The notes under the pieces were generated by a model. It worked only from the letters and a program-made list of their open reading frames with translations. It was not told the origin of the DNA and searched no databases. This document shows, piece after piece, positions 25,690-38,718 of a DNA stretch of 64,000 nucleotides (position 1 is its first letter; each line of letters starts with the position of its first letter). This stretch comes from Sminthopsis crassicaudata (taxonomy: Eukaryota), in NCBI RefSeq assembly GCF_048593235.1, contig NC_133618.1, positions 507,737,675-507,801,674 on the forward strand, read 5' to 3'. The translations under genes and the position numbers were made by a program.

Positions 25690-25950
25690 ATTTCTAAAGA
25701 GGTTTTGTAAATTTGTGGGGTTCAATATAAATAATGTGATCAATGAGCAGTAGCATATGGAGGACCTCACCCTCAACCGAGGGTCTTACCTTTTTTTTCT
25801 TTGTATAGGACATTCTCCATGGCCTCTTAGGTGAACATATTGCTTCTTGTTTTACAGGGAGATTCAATAAAAGTCTCAATATTAGCTGTTTTGGAGTTTG
25901 GGTGTTACAGATGAGACACACCTAGTGAATAGGACACAGAGAGACAGATG
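25690..25950 (-). mobile_element. RTE RT fragment
   Basis: Minus-strand EGEVLHMLLLIDHIIYIEP parallels the RTE motif at ~16030 (xEVLQMLLF.DDI). Confidence 0.65.
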
Positions 25951-27471
25951 GCATTTCATAATGGAATGTGCTGAGAGTTTTCTACTTTGGGAAGAGTCTG
26001 CTTTCCATTCCATTGTAAGCTCTACCAATTCCTGCAGCTGAGAATTATGTTAAAAAGTCATGAGGGAGAGTGCTTGTTCTCCAGCATAATTATCTCTCCA
26101 AAATTTGAAATCATTTTGACAGAGCTCTCACTCTCTGTGCCACATAGTTTTCCTGGCTGCTCAGAATCAGCAGGATAGGAAAATGCTTCACTTAATCGAT
26201 GTTAATATTTTACCATTTTTAATTAAATATGAGAACATGGAGGAAATGTGAGCATGACATTTTGAAATATAAATTATGAAAACCCTTTCCTTCCAGATGT
26301 GCCCATCTCAATTGCTTCTTCTCTGTGAGTTCTATCTATTTGGGTACAAAATGTATTTTTCCTTTCTGATAAGTGACCCATCAGGTAAGAGAAGCATTTG
26401 GCAAGAATGTAGGAGGGTTCATTAGCCATATAGAAAACTATTTCCATTTAGCATTTTTTTCTTGGTGACATCTCACCATTGGCTTGATATGTATCTCATC
26501 AGTAATAGTGTGGTGATTGGTACCAAATGGAAATTTCCAGCCTTGGTAAATATAGAGAAGCTTCTTGAGTACCCCCCAAAACTCATCTAAAGTGTCTACA
26601 TCTGCTCCTCCTTGGTACTGTTCATGAGTTTCATAGATGAGAGATTAGAATCTTAAATCCTCTATTAGCACTGTTAAGTGTCTTGATTAGAAAAGACTAG
26701 AAAAAACCCAGAGACTCCAGCAGAGAAACATTGATTAGCAATCATCAACCATCTATATTCTCCCTTGATTCCAATTGATTCCATTCAAAGATCTTTCCAA
26801 GAAGTGGGAAATCAGATATTTAAGTTTTTCTCTTTCCTCCTGACAAGCAAAAGGATAGGAAAAATAAACATTTTTTCAGTGACAAGTAAAACCTCTATAA
26901 TTCACCTAACTGAGCAAAAAAGTCATTCTGAATTTTTTGAGCTTAAAAACACACATTTAGTTTTGTGACTTTACAGTTTGTACAATAATCAGAACTTGGT
27001 TAATTACTGAGTCAGTGTAGAATTGGGAGATGGGGAGAGGGGAGATCATTTCATATAAAGCTCCCTTTCTGGATTAGAGATAGTTATTCTCTTGGGAAGA
27101 GAATAGGGAATTGGAAGAATGGAATATGATAGTATTCATCAAGTATTTGAATGACTGTCATGTGAAAGAAGATTTAAACTTATCAGATCTGCATTGTCCC
27201 CAAGAGCAGAATTAGCAGAATGGGCAGAATTCGAAGAGAGATAAACTTGGACTCAATATAAGGAAAAATACTCTAATGATTAGAACTATCAAGAGTAAAA
27301 TAGCCTTTCTTGCCTCTCACCCAGAACTTCTTTCTCTCCCTCAATTTCCTAGCAATCATGGTAAGTGACTTTTTCAAAGTCACCCTGCTAGTAAGTGTAT
27401 GGGGTTAGAATTGAGGTTTTCTTGATTCTGGGGTAAGTGCTTTATCCTACCTGCCCCTCATTAGAACTTTT

Positions 27472-27623
27472 TTTTTTCTTTTTTTTTCTTTTTAGGCTGG
27501 AGTTATGTGACTTGCCTAGGGTCACACAGCTAGGAAGTGTTAAGTGTCTGAGACCAAATTTGAACTCGTGTCCTCCCTGAATTCAAGGCTGGTGCTCTAT
27601 CCACTGCGCCACCTAGCTGCCCC
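27472..27623 (-). mobile_element. WSINE1, full length, with TSD
   Basis: Minus strand ggggcagctaggtggcgcagtggatagagcaccagccttgaattcagggaggacacgagttcaaa... (A/B boxes); TSD cctcattagaactttt at ~27456-27471 and ~27624-27639; inserted in a CR1 remnant. Confidence 0.92.
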
Positions 27624-28674
27624 CCTCATTAGAACTTTTAAAACGGAAGTCAGATATTCATTTTTCTGGGATTCTGAAAAAAAAAGAAAAAGAAATTGAG
27701 AGAAATCTTATTCAGGAAGAGGTTGAACCAAATGACCTCTAAGTTCCAGCTCAGCGATTCTGTGATTCAGTGATAAGTTCTACATTCCTGAAGCAGGTTT
27801 GCTTTAATGAAGAAATAAGAGAGCTTTGTAATTACCTCACAGAGTTCCCATCTTAAGCCATGCTGGTGTTTCTGATTACTGTCAATTCAAAAAGTTTATT
27901 TTCCTGAGTTGGCAAATATTCTCCTAATAATCTCCTTTACATTCTTCATTTATTTAGAAGACATCTAGCTGATGCATCTCCTATCTACTTCTATGTCTGG
28001 TCCTTTTAAAAAAAATCCCTTTTTGCAGTGAACTGAAAAATCATTAACAGATATATTCAAAAACACATAAAAGGGGGGGAAGGTTGCTTGTGAAGCTAAG
28101 AACGATTGTATTCAGTTTCTTTTTTAAAGCATATATATTATAACAAAAATACCCTCTTTGTGCCTCCTTCTGAATTTGTTTTTGTTCTCCCCAGTTTTTT
28201 TGTTTTATTGATGTTATTTCTTATATCTCTACAGTCTCTATTCCCCACCTCCCATCCCTACCAATAGAAACCCTCCTTTGTAACAAATAAGTATAGTCAA
28301 GAAAAACAAATCAATAATAGTGACCCTGGATGAAATTGTATATCTCATTTATCATTTCTTTTCCAAGAAGCAGGTGGGCCTCTTTTTCCTTCTCTGTAAT
28401 GCTTTACCAGTGTCTACCACTGAGTTCTACACCCAGTAAGTGCTTAATAAATCTCAAGTGGCTGATTGATTATTTGATCTCCTCAGGCATATGCATTATG
28501 TTTCATGAGGGTGTACACCTAAGGAATTTTTTTTCTTAATTTTAGGCAAACATTTATTGAGCATTCAATCATGGAGCACACTTTTATTCATCCAACAAAA
28601 TTTAAACTTAACTAGACTTATTTTTTAATGAACAATTGAATGTTGATTTAAAATATAGACCTTAAAAATAAGCC

Positions 28675-28770
28675 TGAATATATATATATATATATGCACA
28701 TATATACATATATATCTATATAAAATATATACAAATATATATACATATACATATATATAAAATATCAAAT
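28675..28770. repeat. (TA)n-rich microsatellite
   Basis: Direct. Confidence 0.9.
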
Positions 28771-31324
28771 ACTCTATACAAAAGTTTACAATGGTGTCTA
28801 AATTATCTGCATTCCCTATATACAGGTTTGCAGAGGCCAAAAGGATCAAAAATGACCAAAAATATTTGAAGGATCCCATGTAAACAGGTCTGGTTAAACA
28901 GTCCAGTGCCATTGTCCTTTTAAGGCCTAATGGCTGCCCAAACTCTCCCTGCCCCTGCTGTCCATGGAAGGCTATGCTGAAAACCACCTGAAATAAAAGC
29001 CAAATTGTAGTTCGGCCCTCTCTTCCCCAGCCATGGAGAGATCTCATCCACGAGAGGCAGCTTCTCACATGGCAAACTAGCAGGTGACAAACAGAGTTCA
29101 TGCTCTGAATCTGCCAAGCCTGAGGCAGCATTAGCAGAGCCAGGATTTCAGTGAGCAGACTTTATTTGCTTCTGCGGCATGTAATGCTTCCCATAGCTAA
29201 ACAGAAAGAAGCCCCATGCTCCCCTCCTCTTACCTGAACTTCCTCAGAACAGAGTGGGTAGAGAGGATGCCGAGCTCCAGCTTTTTTTCCCTTATAAATC
29301 TTGCAATAAGGTCAAATATAGATGGCTTTTTTTTTTTAACTCTTGGTTCCCCTAGTAGACAGAGAATGAGTTATTCAAGGGACATTTGAAATATTCATGT
29401 TCCTTTTCCCAGGGTGCCTATATCCCCCTTGCAGGGCTCTTTCCTCCCACAGTTTGTTTAATCCATATTTAACAGAATCTGCAACTACAGGGGCTGAAAG
29501 TGCTATAGCAACTTTTTCCTACTTGGGGTGAACAGGTCAGAGCTATTTGTGTGTTTTCAGTGGATGGCAGAGATACCAACCCAAAGAACTGACCCTGGAA
29601 TCTCAGGGGGGGAAATGCCTCCTTTAGGGTATAAGAAAAGACTCTCCCAGTCACTTTTACACAATATTTCTGGAAGAATATAAAATGAGAATAATGGAGG
29701 AGTCATCTCTGTACTTCTCTCTCTCAGCAAGTATCCATGAGACCTTGAGATTACCAAGAATATACAATCAGCCCCAAGCCTTATCTTTAAGGGGCTTACA
29801 GAATTCTAATATTTAGTCCCGCTTCTTCACTGTTCAGATGAAGGCGTCTGATCTAGGTCGGTAAGGAACAGAGACAGAGAGATGGGAAATTTTCATCACA
29901 AGGCAACTGACAACATGCAGCCAAGCATGATTAGTGCCGAGTGAATAGTTTAGGCAAAAAATTCTAGAGGAGATAGTTTGCTGTGGTTGGAAAATCCCTG
30001 AGCTCAAGTTCCAGCTTTGCTACTTCTGGCTGAGTGATCTTGCAAGTCCCAGTTTTTCCTCAGCCACAGTTTCGTCACGTAAAGAAGTGTTTGGACTATT
30101 TACTCTCTGAAGTCCCTCTTCCTCTTCTAATTTAAGATTCTATACCCATTTTGTAAAATAGCAATCTGAAATTTAGCAGGTGCAAGGTCATTTGCTGAAT
30201 TAGCAATCCTGATCCCAAATTAGAAGCCAGACCTTGTCTTTTCCGTGTTATTCAAAAATAGGGGCCTAATATCATGCGCTAATTCATATTTGTCTTTTGG
30301 AGAGGAGGGAAATTTCCTCAGAAGATTCAAACTTTTGAAGAGATTCCCATCAAAGAAACAAACCAACTAGGGATGCTAAAAAAGCAATACTTCTTTATTT
30401 GATATGCTTATAGCTGACCCAGGGAAAGGCCTTGTGACTTGTGACATTCTTGGGATGGAGGGGAGGAAAGGAACAGAAAAGGGAAGAAAGATCATGGATC
30501 CATCAGAATCATAGTCACTTGAAAGACCCTCCAGAGGAATAGGATTCTGCCATAATTTTATCAAGGGTTTCCAAGGTCTTGGATGAAGTGATCTTGAAGA
30601 CACAATAGCAGAAAACAATCAATAATCAAATGATAAATTCCTGACCAAGCATCCAGGTTATGGGACCCACTCCTCCAGCACTAGTAAATGTTTAATTACT
30701 GACTCTGATAAAAAAAATAAATAAATAAAAGCACAACACATTTTTAGGTTTAGTCTGAATTATTAATCTCTTCCTCCATCACTTTCTTAAATATAGACAA
30801 TTTTTAAAAATCCAATAAACCAAGCCCTGATTTGCCGTTTTTGCTGATTTCCAAGTTGTACATGTTCCTACTGAAAATTTAACAATCTTTCAAACCAGTT
30901 CTAGTTGACTCCAGCAAGCCCCTGCCCTCATCCCTAAGCCAAGTTCACATACCTGGAATCACCTCACAACAGAACTAGCTGGCAGTGTCAAAGTCAGGTG
31001 CAGTGCAGAGAAAGGGAGGTCTGGGGAAAAGAGGAAGTATTGGGAGGTCTCCCTATGTAAGGGAGATCTTTTTTGCATTGGTCTCTGGATCTGTATTTTG
31101 GGGCAATGTCATCATTTGTGGTTAATGGCTACTCACTATTTAAGAGTATATAAATCTATCTCACTCAAATAAACCAAAACTATAAGTTTAGAGCAATGAA
31201 CATTTCAGATATGGGAGCTGATACTAGAGAATGAGTACAAATCCAAGCAGGTACATAAATGTAGAGACAACCTATCAAAATAACTAGCATCTGTCTCCAA
31301 AAATGGACAATACTTCCCCCCAAA

Positions 31325-31657
31325 TGTTGTGATCCTGGATATCTTAGAATCAGCCAGAGTCAGGATAAGCAAAAGTCTTTATTCTTGGTCTTTTGGGGTC
31401 GCCATCAGGGGATTAGATATAGGAATCTCCACACCTCCTTCCTCTCTTTCCACCGACAAAGAATGATCCCGCTTGTCCTACTCCACCCTCTGATCTCCCT
31501 TCCCCTTCTCTGTCCACACCCACAGATCGAGCCAGCATAGAGTTGAGTAGGGTCATCCTCCAAGCATATGCTAATAGAAAATTATCCAATTGGTAATTAG
31601 CCTTAAGTGCTAGGTTATCTTACGTTAAGTGCATCTGCTCAGTTCTAGCCCTTTACA
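31325..31657 (-). mobile_element. 3' LTR (333 bp) of a class II ERV
   Basis: Minus strand TGTAAAGGG...GATCACAACA (TG..CA); AATAAA near the 3' end; polypurine tract agaaagcgggaga immediately upstream. Confidence 0.9.
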
Positions 31658-32113
31658 TCTCCCGCTTTCTTTTGTTTTAGAACACAGGTGGTCGCGCCAT
31701 CCCTGACTTTTCAGGGAGGTGAGAACCCCAAAAAGGAGGTGATCACACCCTCCCTGGCTTCTCAGGAAGGGAGATGAAAAGCACCAAAAGGAAGTGGGGA
31801 TTGTTAGCGGGTTTCTGGGCTGAAGGGTCTTATTGAAAACAGGTATGCACAAACCCATCAGCATGGGAGGTATTACATAGCAATAACACACAGGCTATTA
31901 GTGATGATTCTCCCCACAGTCAGTACAGGCTCAATGAGATGTAACAAACATGAATTGTACGTGCAAGCAGTGATATAACAAACAATATAATCAACATGGT
32001 GTTGTAAAAGATTTCCAGACGTCCTAGAAGAAAGGAATGTAAACATAAGTCACACATACACCTTCAGCAGCCAAGAGATAGTCCAAAACCAATCTATTGT
32101 CCATTGTTTCACG

Positions 32114-32334
32114 TGTCAGGGAATCCAATGATTCCCACAAGTTTTTGAGTCCTGCAACAGTCTTTTTATATGTTAGGGAATACAATGATTCCTGCAGGTT
32201 TTAAAATTCTGCAACAGTATTATGTCTCAGAGAATCCAATTATTCCTGAGGGCTTTCAAGTCCTCCAACAGTCTTATCATGTCTCAGAGAATCCAATGAT
32301 TCCTGAGGGTTTTTAATTCCAACAATTTTTGATA
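32114..32334. repeat. Four tandem ~52-57-bp units inside the ERV 3' region
   Basis: Consensus about tgtctcagagaatccaatgattcctgagggttttnaagtcctgcaacagtcttatca; units start at ~32114, 32171, 32223 and 32280. Confidence 0.9.
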
Positions 32335-32368
32335 TCCATGAGTCAAACTCCATAACTCCCAGGCTCTT

Positions 32369-34531
32369 TCAGTAATGGGCACAGTCAGCAATGGAACCAC
32401 CTGATGTTTCTTGGGTCTTCTCCTTCGTTTCAAGGGTCTGATCCATCTCTCTCCGATGGACAAGGTGAATATGGCTTGTTGGCACCCATCTGATTGCTTC
32501 TTCACCTGTAGAGATACAAACAAACCCTCTCCCCCAAGCAGTTAACCTATCTGGTCCCTTCCATTCACCATTTGATCTGGCGATTATCTAAAGACAATGG
32601 AGTTGCTCCCACTGGACACGGCCCTTTCAGTGGGTTATAAAATCTGTCTGCCAGAACCAGTGCATCTTTATCAAAAATTTAAAAATTAATGGTATAGAAA
32701 ACTAAATTTAGAAGTTCTCTAGGGTTACCCGTAGCTCTCCCTTTCTTTTGTTTTTGGAGGAGAGTCTTAATGTCTCTGTTTCTTCTCTCTACTATTGCCT
32801 GACCTTGAGGATTAAAAAGTATTCCAGTGGTATGTAAAATCTTATACTGTGCACAAAAGTGTGCAAAATGTTTAGAAGTGTATATAGGTCCATTGTCTGT
32901 TTTTATTGCTTGTGGCACACCCATAATTGCAAATGCTTGGATAAGGAATTCAGTGATCACTTGGGCTATATCTTTTGCTGTTGGCATTGCAAAAGTGAAT
33001 CCTGAAAAGGTACCTACCACAACGTGGATAAAAGACAGATGACTAAAAGATTTATAATGGGTCACATCCATTTGCCAAATTTCATTAGGTCTCAAACCAT
33101 GATAGTTCTTCCCTGGAGGGAGTATAGGAGCTTGGAAAGGAAGTCAAGCTGGACAGGCTTTTACTATGCTCCTAGCTTCTTCTCTTGTTATTCCAAATTG
33201 TAAACGTAAAGCTCGGGCAGCCTGATGATATTTAGAATGAGATTCTTGGGCTTCTTGAAATAAAGGAGTACTGGCCAACATAGTTAGAAGGCTATCTGCC
33301 TTTGAATTACCATCAAAAATAGGACCTGGAAGTCCACTATGAGAATGACATGCAAGATATAAATCTTACCTGAATGCTTTCTCACTTGCTCTTGAAGTTC
33401 CTTAAAGAGCTGATATATATTGGAGACTACAAATTTTATTTGGGCTGTGGCAATTCTTTGAACCACATGTACTGAATAGGCCGAATCAGATATTATATTT
33501 ATGTCTCCCAAATAATAAGTAAGAACTAGAATGATAGCATACAATTCATTCTGCTGAGTGGACTGAAAAGGAGTTCTGACTACTCTCTTTATAGTTAAGT
33601 CACAATAGTATATAGCACAAATATTTTCTTTGGAGGCGTCTGTAAAGCTAGTTGGTCCTTTAAGAGGAACTTTAGAAACCTTTTCTTTAAGAATCCATCG
33701 CCAATTATGTAACAGTCTGGTTATCTTTAATGGAGACCCGTATGTAAAATTTGGAGCCATGGCTAATAAAATTTGCCACTCTGGGATGGTTTCACAGCAC
33801 ACATTAACTTGTGCATTAGTATAAAAGATATATATCTTGTCAGGTCTTATCCCAAATAATTGTATTGCTAGCTTAATGGCCTTTAATAAAATTCTAGCCA
33901 TAAGCACTGGGTAAGGAGTAAGGCTTTGTTCTGGTTGTGCTGGGAGGTTCACCTACTCTATCACATTGTCTCCTTAATGAAGGACTGCTGTGGGTGCCTG
34001 TTGTGTAGCAAAAACTGATATTTCCAAGGATTTTTGAATGACTCTTTCAACCACATTGGATAAAGCCAATTCAACTTCTCTCAAAGCCTCTTGAGCTTCT
34101 TTTGTAAACTGGCATGGTGAATTTAAAGCACCGTCTCCTCTTAAAATGTCATATAAAGGTTGCAATTGATAGGTAGTCAAGCCTAACACTGACGCATCCA
34201 TTGGATATTTCCTGTCAATTTCTGGAAGTCATTTAAGGTGTTTAGCTTCTCTGTTCTTAAGGAGAGTTTTTGTACTGTAAGCACCTTAGGATATACTTCA
34301 TATCCTAAATGTTGAAAAGGAGATGTCTTTGAATTTTTCTGGAGCTATGTGCAATTTATAATTCTTTAGTGTTTCTATGGTTTTTTGTAGACATGCTTCT
34401 AACATTTGTTCCTCAGGTGCACATCCCAATATATCATCCATGTAATAACATTACTTTTGGAAATGCTTTTCTTACTGGAGTAAGAGCAGCAGCAACATAC
34501 ATTTGACATATAGTAGGGCTGTTTTTGCCAT
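32369..34531 (-). pseudogene. pol: Disrupted ERV pol (RT core, RNase H, integrase)
   Basis: MA.NSPTICQ, YYMDDILG, LNDFQKL.GNIQW, FTDAS, Q.NELYA, SDSAY, HHCC finger (HSHYHQ...C..C), WQMDVTH, IKTDNGP, NPQGQAIVER, WKGPDRL..WGRG; several frameshifts and stops. Confidence 0.95.
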
Positions 34532-36759
34532 AGGGCCCAAATAACACAAAGAAGACGTAGGAAAAATATTTTAAGAACAAATCAGATTCTATTCATGTAA
34601 AACCAAATCCAATGGCAATCTTTTTTCTCTCATTCCAAACTCACTTTTATAAACCCCTGAGAATAAGTAAACGGAATTTTCTATTCACAGTCATTGACCC
34701 ATTCTTCTTTAACCATGTGGCTTTCTAGGCCTCTAGTCTGCATTTGTAGCAGTGGCATTCAGAATCAAGCTGCTACATTCTTACTGCAGTTGTGGGAATG
34801 CAATATTTTGCAAGAAATAGTGCAAAAACATTGATAATATGGAAATACGTTTTACATGACTTCACTTCTATAATGAGCATTATATTGCTTGCTTTCTTGA
34901 TGAGTGGGGAAAGGTCTAGAGGGAGTGAGATAATGTGGAGCTGAAATTTTTTTAAATAAATGTTTAAAAATAAACATGATTTTTAAAAAAAATAGTACAA
35001 GCAGCTGAAGCTACTTTCTTTTGACTAATTCCTCCATGCCAACTCCTATTCTATTTGAACACCTACCTGTCACCTGCCCAAGCTTTCTTGCATATCTCAG
35101 ACTTCAGGATTATTTATTCCATAAATTGTAAATCCCCACTCTCCATAGAGGTCTTTTTAGTAGTTTTTAGTGTTATTCCAGAAACAAAATTTTTTAAAAC
35201 AAGACAACATTTTTGTGGCATAACCAAAGCTGGGGGTGGGGGTTTCAGGGTTCTTAAATGTAAGCACTAGGAATCTCAGGTTAATTAATTAATAATTGAA
35301 TAATTAACTTCTTCAATCATCAACAATGATGCCCAGTTTATATATATCAAGTATATGCATCACGTAACAATTAGAGAGATATTGAGATCAGAGGAAGAGA
35401 AATGGTCACCTACACATGTCTGAGTCTGCATCTTTCCATGGAAATGTTTAGAAAGTCTTCTCAATCCCTGAATTATACACTCAATGCAGCTGGTGGGGAT
35501 AGGGGGAAGGGGAGTTGGAGGGGACAGTTCCCTCAGCTAAAATGAGAGAAAGTATTTGAAAAGACACTTATAAGTAATTCAGAGAAATCCAGATGAACCA
35601 ATGCAAAGTGCAGTGAGCCAAGGTTGGAAAACAGTATTCAAACTGACTATAATAATGTAAATGAAAATAGAACTAAACTGAATAACTATCAGGGCAAATC
35701 TCAGTCCCAGAATTCAGTTCAACAAGAATACTATGGGTATAAAACGTTACATACACTGTCAGACACAAATATTGTGTTCATTGATCTTGCTTAACTATTT
35801 TTCTTATTACAAGAGAAGGCTCATGGGAGGAGATGGGTAGGAGGGACAGAGCAAAAGGGGAAGGGAGAGATATCCAGAAATTACTTTGACATAGAACAAA
35901 AGGTAGCAATAAAACATGTAGATGGCTAGGTGTTCAAATAATAAAATAATAATTAATATTTCTATATATTATGTTGCAGGCACTGAGCTAAACACTTTAC
36001 AACTATTATCTCATTTGATTCTTACAACCACTCAACCCTTCAAAGTAGGTACCATTATTATCCCCACCGTACATATGAGCAAATCAGAGGTTAAGTAAGT
36101 TGCCCAGAATCACACATATAGTAAGGATCTGACCGCATTTGAACTCAGGTCTTCCTGACTCCAGATATGGCTCTCAATCCACTGTACTTCCTAGCTACCC
36201 TTGAAAAAGACAAATATGCAGCATCTCTGTAAAGTAAAAATTGTGATGAGTCAGAAACCAAGCTTAAAAGCTTAATTCTGCTATATTGCATCCTATGTGC
36301 ACTGAATTAAAAGAAAAAAATGAATTCTTAAGCTCTCATCCATAATATTGGTCTAATAGTCAACATGCTAAAGCCTGAGTTGCAGACTAGGAAATAGTAG
36401 AGTCATATATATAGATTGTATTATAAAGGAACAAGTCATATGGATTTAGAACTGAAAGGACTCTCAAAGGTCATCTGGTCTGATACACACAACTCATCAT
36501 CACCCCCCAGCCCAATTTTATAGCTGAGGAAACAAGTCCGGAAAAATTCAATGGCTTGCCCAAAGTCACGTAGGCTGTGTTAGAGGTAGAATTTGAAACC
36601 AAATCATCTGCATTCCCAAACATCTTTCCTCTGTACCATGTAATTAAAGTAATAAAAATGAACCAAGGGACTCTTTGAGTCCTATACAGAAAACATTTGA
36701 ATGTTAGCATTGTCCTAAATTAATTATTGAATCCTCCTTCCCCTACACCCAACAAGACA

Positions 36760-36910
36760 AGACAAAGCAGAAAAAAGATTAACATAAAAAAAGCATAACA
36801 CAACATAACATACTAAACTATATCACAATACAACACACCATTACAGAACACAACACAACATAACATTACATGACCTAACACTGTACAGCATAACATAATA
36901 CAACAAAACA
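36760..36910. repeat. Degenerate pentamer (CATAA/CACAA/CAAGA)n
   Basis: Direct. Confidence 0.85.
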
Positions 36911-38718
36911 CTTTGAGCTCTTTGGTCCTGGAGTGAGAAGCATTTGAGACTTCTTCCAAAAGGATTAGATTCAGACATGGTGAGATTCAGGAGAACCTTA
37001 AGCCCAGGTGAACTTCACATTGGTCCTCCTATACAAGGACAGAGGTGATATACAGCTGATGCATTATGTATGCCTGTAAATCTCTCTTTTTCTACTCACA
37101 CTTTCCATAAAATTGTTGTTTCGTTCAGTTATTTCAGTCATATCCCTCTCTCTGTGACCCCATTTGGGGTTTTCTTGGCAAAGATACTACAGTGATTTGC
37201 CATTTCCTTCTTCATAAAATTTCTATCTACATCCAGAGAAAAAACTAATAAATGTATAGAATAATTTTACATATAAATTGTGCAATTATGTGTGTTTGTG
37301 CCTAATAGTAGCCATCTTGGGGGGGACAGGGAGAGCACAAGAAAAAAAAAGAAAATCACAATAATTTTGTTGCATACTTGAAAGAAATAGCAAGTTGTAC
37401 ATAGTCAATTTATAGTTTCATGCTAATAAATAGCATAAATGCTATGAAAATGCTTGTTTTATTCCATAAATTTTAAAACATTTGAAAACCATAAAATTTC
37501 TTCCATTTTTACACTGAATGTATGTATCATTCTGTTTGCAAAAAACCTGGCACCTGATGTAACCTTCAGCAAATCTCTTAATTTCTCTGGACCTCAGTTT
37601 CCAAATCTGTAAAATACAAAGGATGAATTGGATGATCTCTAAGGACTTTTTTTGGCTCTTATATCTATTTTAGGGTGCTGTTGAGTAATCTATGAGACAG
37701 AAGAGCTGTCTTTATCTTACAAGGACAAGAAGAATAAGTTTAGTGAAATAATTAGAAGAATTGGTTTCATTTTGGGGTATATTATAGAAAAGTTAATTAT
37801 CTCCCTGATCTCTGTTTTCCTGACCATGCTTCCCCTTTTTCCTCACTTCTCTTTGACATTATTTTTTTCTTTATATTTCCTACCACCTCTTAATCTGGTA
37901 GTTTGATGAGGTGAAATGAACAATGGTCTGAGAACTGGGAGATCTTGATTCTCATCCTGATTATACCAATAACTTGAATTTGATCTTGAAAAAATAATTT
38001 CCCTTCCCAGTGGAAATTTCTCTTCTCTAGAGCTAAGATTTTCTGTTTTATAAAATGAAATGGTTTTTGTTGCCTTATGACTTATACTTTTAAAGGCAAT
38101 AGAACAGTCTTAATAAGATGTTGAAATAATATCTTACTTGACTACTTCAGTAATTTCAAGAGTCCCTGAAGATACTGGTATGTCCTCTTTCCATCAACTA
38201 AGATTAGAACTTAACAAACAGCTTTAATGAGTTTCTATTGTTTGTCGTCCCCCCCGGGAAAAAAAAAACTATTATGATGCCACTCTTCAGTACAAAGTTT
38301 TTTCAGACTTTGCTTAAAGAGTCTTCAGAACACTGAGAAGGCAATAAAGCCAGTGAAGAGACTTGAGCTTGTGTCCTATGAAAACTAATTGAAAATGCTG
38401 TGAATGTTTAGGTGGAAGAACAGAAGACCTAAGAAACCATCATGTGCTGGTTGTCTTCAAGTATTCTATTATTTCTCATGTGAAAGAAAGGATAGACTTG
38501 TTCTAGTGTGATGGAGAAGGAAAAATCAAAAGTACTAAGTAAAAGTGACAAGATACAAATTTAGGCTTGATATTAGGAAAAACTTCTAAATAATTAATGT
38601 TGTGCAAAAGTGGAAAGAGCTAGTAGGTTCTCCTTCACCTGAAATCTATTGGGAAAAAACAAGATGACCACTGTTGGAAATATTGTAAGAAAGATTTTGG
38701 TTAAGAAATGAGTTGGAC

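Larger units (their letters stand above)
31325..34531 (-). mobile_element. 5'-truncated, env-less betaretrovirus-like (ERV class II) provirus
   Basis: pol remnant, ~700-bp 3' region without SU/TM, PPT and 3' LTR; no gag, pro or 5' LTR in the window. Confidence 0.9.

Noticed and set aside
28625-29131. 168-aa minus-strand ORF
   Set aside because: It runs into a (TA)n microsatellite, has no recognisable domain and has low-complexity composition.
35210-35560. Possible solo LTR next to the ERV breakpoint (the missing 5' LTR?)
   Set aside because: No similarity to the 31325-31657 LTR and no clear termini.
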